Shown here piece by piece: positions 46,384 through 49,486 of a stretch of 49,486 nucleotides of DNA. The translations under genes and the position numbers were made by a program. Below the pieces are notes generated by a model. It searched no databases, was not told the origin of the DNA, and saw only the letters and a list, made by a program, of their open reading frames with translations. Location: NCBI GenBank assembly GCA_039208735.1, contig JBCCQY010000054.1:1-49486 (forward strand). Direction: 5' to 3'. This DNA comes from Myxococcota bacterium. GTDB taxonomy: Bacteria; Myxococcota_A; UBA796; GCA-2862545. How positions within the stretch are numbered: the first letter of the stretch is position 1; each line of letters opens with the position of its first letter.

Positions 46384-48099
46384 TTACTGACAGAGTCCCG
46401 TGTCATCGTCACAGGTGAAGGTGCTTACGCCGGTGGGGTCGAAGGCGATGCTCGACTGAGCCAGCCACACATCGGTGGGGACGTTCGCATTGCCGCCGTC
46501 GCCCCAGTCCGTGTTCGTCGAAATCAATCGGCCGCCGAACAGCTCGACGCCACCCGCATCGCCCAGTGTGCTGTTGATGCCGTTGTTGGTCACTGCGCAG
46601 TCGATGAGTTCCGCACTTCCACCGACCACTTCGAGCCCCCCGGTGTCGATGTCGCCGACGTTGGAGTCGATCACCACCCGTTCGAACCGGTTGTCGCCGA
46701 GCACCTCGATGCCTCCCGTCGTCACCCCGCCAAAGTTCGAGGAGACGAGGGCGTCCATGACAACGAGGTCGGTGCCGGACATCGCTCCGGCCGAGTTCGC
46801 TTCGTTGCCAATGAAGTCCAGCCCCATAATGGTGGCGCCAAAGCTCGCGCAGAGCCCTCCACCGCTTAGGTTGGCCACGTTGCCGATGACCGTGCTGTTC
46901 ATCGATCCATCGATGATGGCGTCCTCTCCTGCGTCGATTCCCGCGCAGCTGAAGTCGGCTTCGTTACCAGAGATGACCGTGTTCGTCATGGTGAGTGTCG
47001 TCAAGCTTTCGATCAACAAGCCCCCGCCAACCCCAAAGGTGCCGAGGACCGCGCCGTTGTCTCGGATTGCGCTGTCGATGATGGTGAGCGTGCTGGATTC
47101 TCCGGCGTAGATGCCTGCGCCGTACTCGGCTTCGTTCAGGTCAATGGCGACCGTATCGAGTGTGAGATTCGCATCCTCGCTAACCAGCAGGCCGCCGCCG
47201 CGAAGTTGGTTTTCGACCTGAGTACCTGTGCCTCCGGTGACCTTGAGGCGTGCCAACGTCACGGGTTCCGTCGTGGCAATCGTCATCACGGTGCCCCCCG
47301 CAAGCGGTTCGATGACGGTGGATTCGGCAGGCCCCATGCCCTGAATGGTCAGGCCCTCGGTCACCGTGAAGTCTGACACCGTGTGGAGTCCTTCGCACAG
47401 TTCGATCACGTCGCCGTCGCCTGCGGCGGCGAGGGCTTCCTCGAGCGTGGCATAGTCGTCACCGCCGATCGTCACCGGCTGCGCAGCTTCGAACGTGGTT
47501 GGGTCGCAATCGTTGTCGTTGCCATCGCACACCAAGGTCGCCGCGCCCGGAAAGGTCTTGGGGTCGTCATCGTTGCAGTCGGTATCGTCTGCGACGTGGT
47601 CCTTGGGAGCGGTGCAGGCCACGACCGGCAAACGCGGGTCGCCAAAGGTGTCTCCGTCGGCGTCTGGGTACCAGAGCGGCGCATTGGCCGGCAAAGGACG
47701 GTCCGGCGTGCCATCGCAATCGTTGTCATTGCCGTCGCAGACCTCGACGCCGCCCGGGAACACCTCGTCATTCATGTCGTCGCAGTCTTCTCCGCCGAAT
47801 TTGGCGCTATCGACACCATCGGCGTCGGCGTCGAAGTCGCTGTCGCCCGCACAGTCCGAATCGACCCCGTCGTAGGGTTTGTCGGGTGCGCCGGGGAAGA
47901 TGGTGGCGTCGTTGTCATTGCAGTCGATCGTGTCGTTGAAGCCGTCCATATCCATGTCGGCAGGTCCGCCGGGGTTCGTTGGATTGGTCGGATTGGTGGG
48001 GTTCGTTGGATTGGTTCCCCCGCCGGTTGGCGTCGTCATCTCTTCGTCTACGCAACCCGCCGCGGCCACCACCAAGCCCCACATCCACGCTGAACGCAC
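46384..48099 (-). CDS. Surface lipoprotein with MopE-related metal-binding repeats and parallel beta-helix (Pmp-like) domain
   Basis: Lipobox AAGC, (TNP)n linker, DCNDNDATIFPGA..DGVDSDC repeats, WYPDADGDTFGD, and GG(G/A)..N beta-helix repeats. Confidence 0.88.
   Translation of the reverse strand: MRSAWMWGLVVAAAGCVDEEMTTPTGGGTNPTNPTNPTNPTNPGGPADMDMDGFNDTIDCNDNDATIFPGAPDKPYDGVDSDCAGDSDFDADADGVDSAKFGGEDCDDMNDEVFPGGVEVCDGNDNDCDGTPDRPLPANAPLWYPDADGDTFGDPRLPVVACTAPKDHVADDTDCNDDDPKTFPGAATLVCDGNDNDCDPTTFEAAQPVTIGGDDYATLEEALAAAGDGDVIELCEGLHTVSDFTVTEGLTIQGMGPAESTVIEPLAGGTVMTIATTEPVTLARLKVTGGTGTQVENQLRGGGLLVSEDANLTLDTVAIDLNEAEYGAGIYAGESSTLTIIDSAIRDNGAVLGTFGVGGGLLIESLTTLTMTNTVISGNEADFSCAGIDAGEDAIIDGSMNSTVIGNVANLSGGGLCASFGATIMGLDFIGNEANSAGAMSGTDLVVMDALVSSNFGGVTTGGIEVLGDNRFERVVIDSNVGDIDTGGLEVVGGSAELIDCAVTNNGINSTLGDAGGVELFGGRLISTNTDWGDGGNANVPTDVWLAQSSIAFDPTGVSTFTCDDDTGLCQ
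47971..48015. repeat. 9-bp coding tandem repeat encoding (TNP)5
   Basis: GGGTTCGTT/GGATTGGT units encode TNPTNPTNPTNPTNP on the minus strand. Confidence 0.8.
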
Positions 48100-48195
48100 A
48101 GCCACCTCCACTGCATGAGCCTATGGCAAAGATGCCGATTCGTCGCCAATCTTCAAGATCGCTCGGGTTACAGTCGCCCGTGCAGGGGAGGAACG

Positions 48196-48723
48196 ATGGG
48201 CGCATGGTGGCTGACCGGGTTGGTCTTGAGTTGTGCCAAGGCTCCGCCGGTGTCGTTACCGCCCCCTACTCCTTCCGCAGAACCTTCGTTTCCTCTGGGG
48301 TGGTGGGCGACCAAAGCGTTTGCTGCGCGCTTTGACCCGTCTGGCTACGTCGTGGTGGCGAAGGACGGTAGCACCGACCGTCGGATGTGTTCGTGGGAAT
48401 GGCGCGGAGCCTACTGGGCTTGCTTCGAGCGGCCTGACGACCTGCTCTACCCCGATGGTGAAGCCCTGATCTACGGGGTTGGCGCATCAGGACAACGCCT
48501 CGAGCCTGTTGAAGAGGTGGAACGGTACGAACGCGCCATCGTAGGTCTTCCCGAGCCAGCGGACGTTTGCCCGCGGGCCGAAGCGTGTTGCCGCGCCATG
48601 GGCGGAGAGTGTGAGGGGTTTGGGACGAGCGTGTACGCCTGTCGGGCGGGCATCGAAGCCTTGCGGGAGATGGCCGAACGGGAGACGGGCCAGGTTCCTG
48701 ACGCCTGCCAATCGGATCGCTAA
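48196..48723 (+). CDS. Hypothetical Cys-rich lipoprotein
   Basis: Lipobox VLSC and C-terminal VCPRAEACCRA...C...C...P.AC. RBS GGAGG. Confidence 0.7.
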   Translation: MGAWWLTGLVLSCAKAPPVSLPPPTPSAEPSFPLGWWATKAFAARFDPSGYVVVAKDGSTDRRMCSWEWRGAYWACFERPDDLLYPDGEALIYGVGASGQRLEPVEEVERYERAIVGLPEPADVCPRAEACCRAMGGECEGFGTSVYACRAGIEALREMAERETGQVPDACQSDR

Positions 48724-48962
48724 GCCTGGTGTGGGTCCTCTGTCCCAAGGCCAATCGCCTCCACGGGACAAGCACAGGCGGCTTGCCGACAAGCCTCCCA
48801 GGCTTCGGGATGGTCGGGCTGCTGGATGCAGATCACCTGGTCGCCACGCTCCTCGAAGTGGTCCGGGGCGGCCATGACGCAAGCCGAGCACCAGATGCAG
48901 CTTCGGTCGACGTAAACGGGGCCTGGAGCGTTGTCGGGATGTCGGTCGGTTGGATCGGGCAA
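48720..48962 (-). CDS. Ferredoxin (single [4Fe-4S]/[3Fe-4S] cluster)
   Basis: YVDRSCIWCSAC...AP..F...CPVEAIG motif. RBS GGAGG precedes TTG 48962. Confidence 0.88.
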   Translation of the reverse strand: MPDPTDRHPDNAPGPVYVDRSCIWCSACVMAAPDHFEERGDQVICIQQPDHPEAWEACRQAACACPVEAIGLGTEDPHQA

Positions 48963-48977
48963 AGGAACCTCCAACCC

Positions 48978-48996
48978 CCACATGGTCACGATGTGG
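48978..48996. promoter_or_regulatory. Candidate operator between divergent ferredoxin and XRE genes
   Basis: Inverted repeat CCACAT-N7-ATGTGG. Confidence 0.4.
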
Positions 48997-49041
48997 TATC
49001 TGAGGGTCCAAACAGATGCTTCAAGAACAGAGGGTTGCTTC

Positions 49042-49458
49042 GTGAACCCCGAGGCCCTTTCGCGCAACCTAAGCCAGAACCTCCGCCGAATTCGTGCGGA
49101 ACGGGGTCTGACCCAGGTTGGTTTGTCCACGCTGTCCGAGGTTCCGCGGCCCACGATCGCCAAACTCGAAGGGGGCTCGCCAAATCCGACGCTGCACGTG
49201 CTCGCACAGATTGCCGCCGCGCTTCGCGTGGGGATTGACGAGCTACTGGCTCCTACTCCGTCGGTCGGGCGGCTGTACCGGGCCGAAGACCTCGTGCTGA
49301 GAGTCGAACGAGGCGTAGAACGTCGGCAACTCGTTCCCCATCCCATTCCGATATGTACGACCGGCTGTCAACCCCCTGACGTTCGCGGTGGTCCAGGCCC
49401 ACTCGAGGCGTTCTGGAAGACAGGCGAGACGGGCAATATCGACGACGAGTCACTCTGA
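49042..49458 (+). CDS. XRE-family HTH regulator, C-terminal (cupin) part apparently truncated or replaced
   Basis: HTH NLRRIRAERGLTQ..LS..SEVPRPTIAKLEGG.PNPTL..L..IA.AL.V.IDELL. Sequence becomes unrecognisable after LVPHPIP (~49350). Confidence 0.8.
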   Translation: MNPEALSRNLSQNLRRIRAERGLTQVGLSTLSEVPRPTIAKLEGGSPNPTLHVLAQIAAALRVGIDELLAPTPSVGRLYRAEDLVLRVERGVERRQLVPHPIPICTTGCQPPDVRGGPGPLEAFWKTGETGNIDDESL

Positions 49459-49486
49459 TATTCGTGGGTTACGTCGTCGGAACGAC

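Noticed and set aside
43168..46869. 715-aa minus-strand and 437-aa plus-strand ORFs
   Set aside because: Antisense shadows of the FG-GAP and lipoprotein genes.
1..49486. tRNA, rRNA, transposase, integrase or prophage genes
   Set aside because: None recognised by eye. Intergenic gaps are short and no such motifs were found. A covariance-model search was not run, so small ncRNAs cannot be excluded.

Overview
GC-rich bacterial genomic DNA, very probably from an uncultured Myxococcota lineage. This is inferred from Myxococcus cysteine-rich repeats, a MYXO-CTERM-like motif, a DUF1592/DUF1552 pair, a Hanks Ser/Thr kinase and many lipoproteins. The window holds about 50 densely packed protein-coding genes. 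I saw no rRNA, tRNA, CRISPR array, transposase or integrase. The most notable parts are: (1) a defence-like patch made of a PD-(D/E)XK nuclease, a nuclease-less DUF262 protein carrying an in-frame hairpin insert, a convergent C5 DNA methyltransferase and a SUKH/SMI1-like fusion protein; (2) a three-gene operon of small beta protein, MoxR AAA+ ATPase and HEXXH-peptidase/vWA (DUF2201) protein; (3) an OmpA protein with an internal MYXO-CTERM-like anchor followed directly by a second signal peptide; (4) an orphan DUF4280 PAAR-like gene followed by an uncharacterised gene pair; (5) a Fur-boxed haem locus (HugZ plus two HmuY) with what looks like a relic of a TonB receptor; and (6) an arsM + Cys-rich MarR operon with a palindromic operator. 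Several genes end or begin abruptly, which may reflect real deletions or assembly joins. All family calls come from reading motifs by eye, with no database search. Start codons were adjusted by hand where a ribosome-binding site (RBS) was visible.
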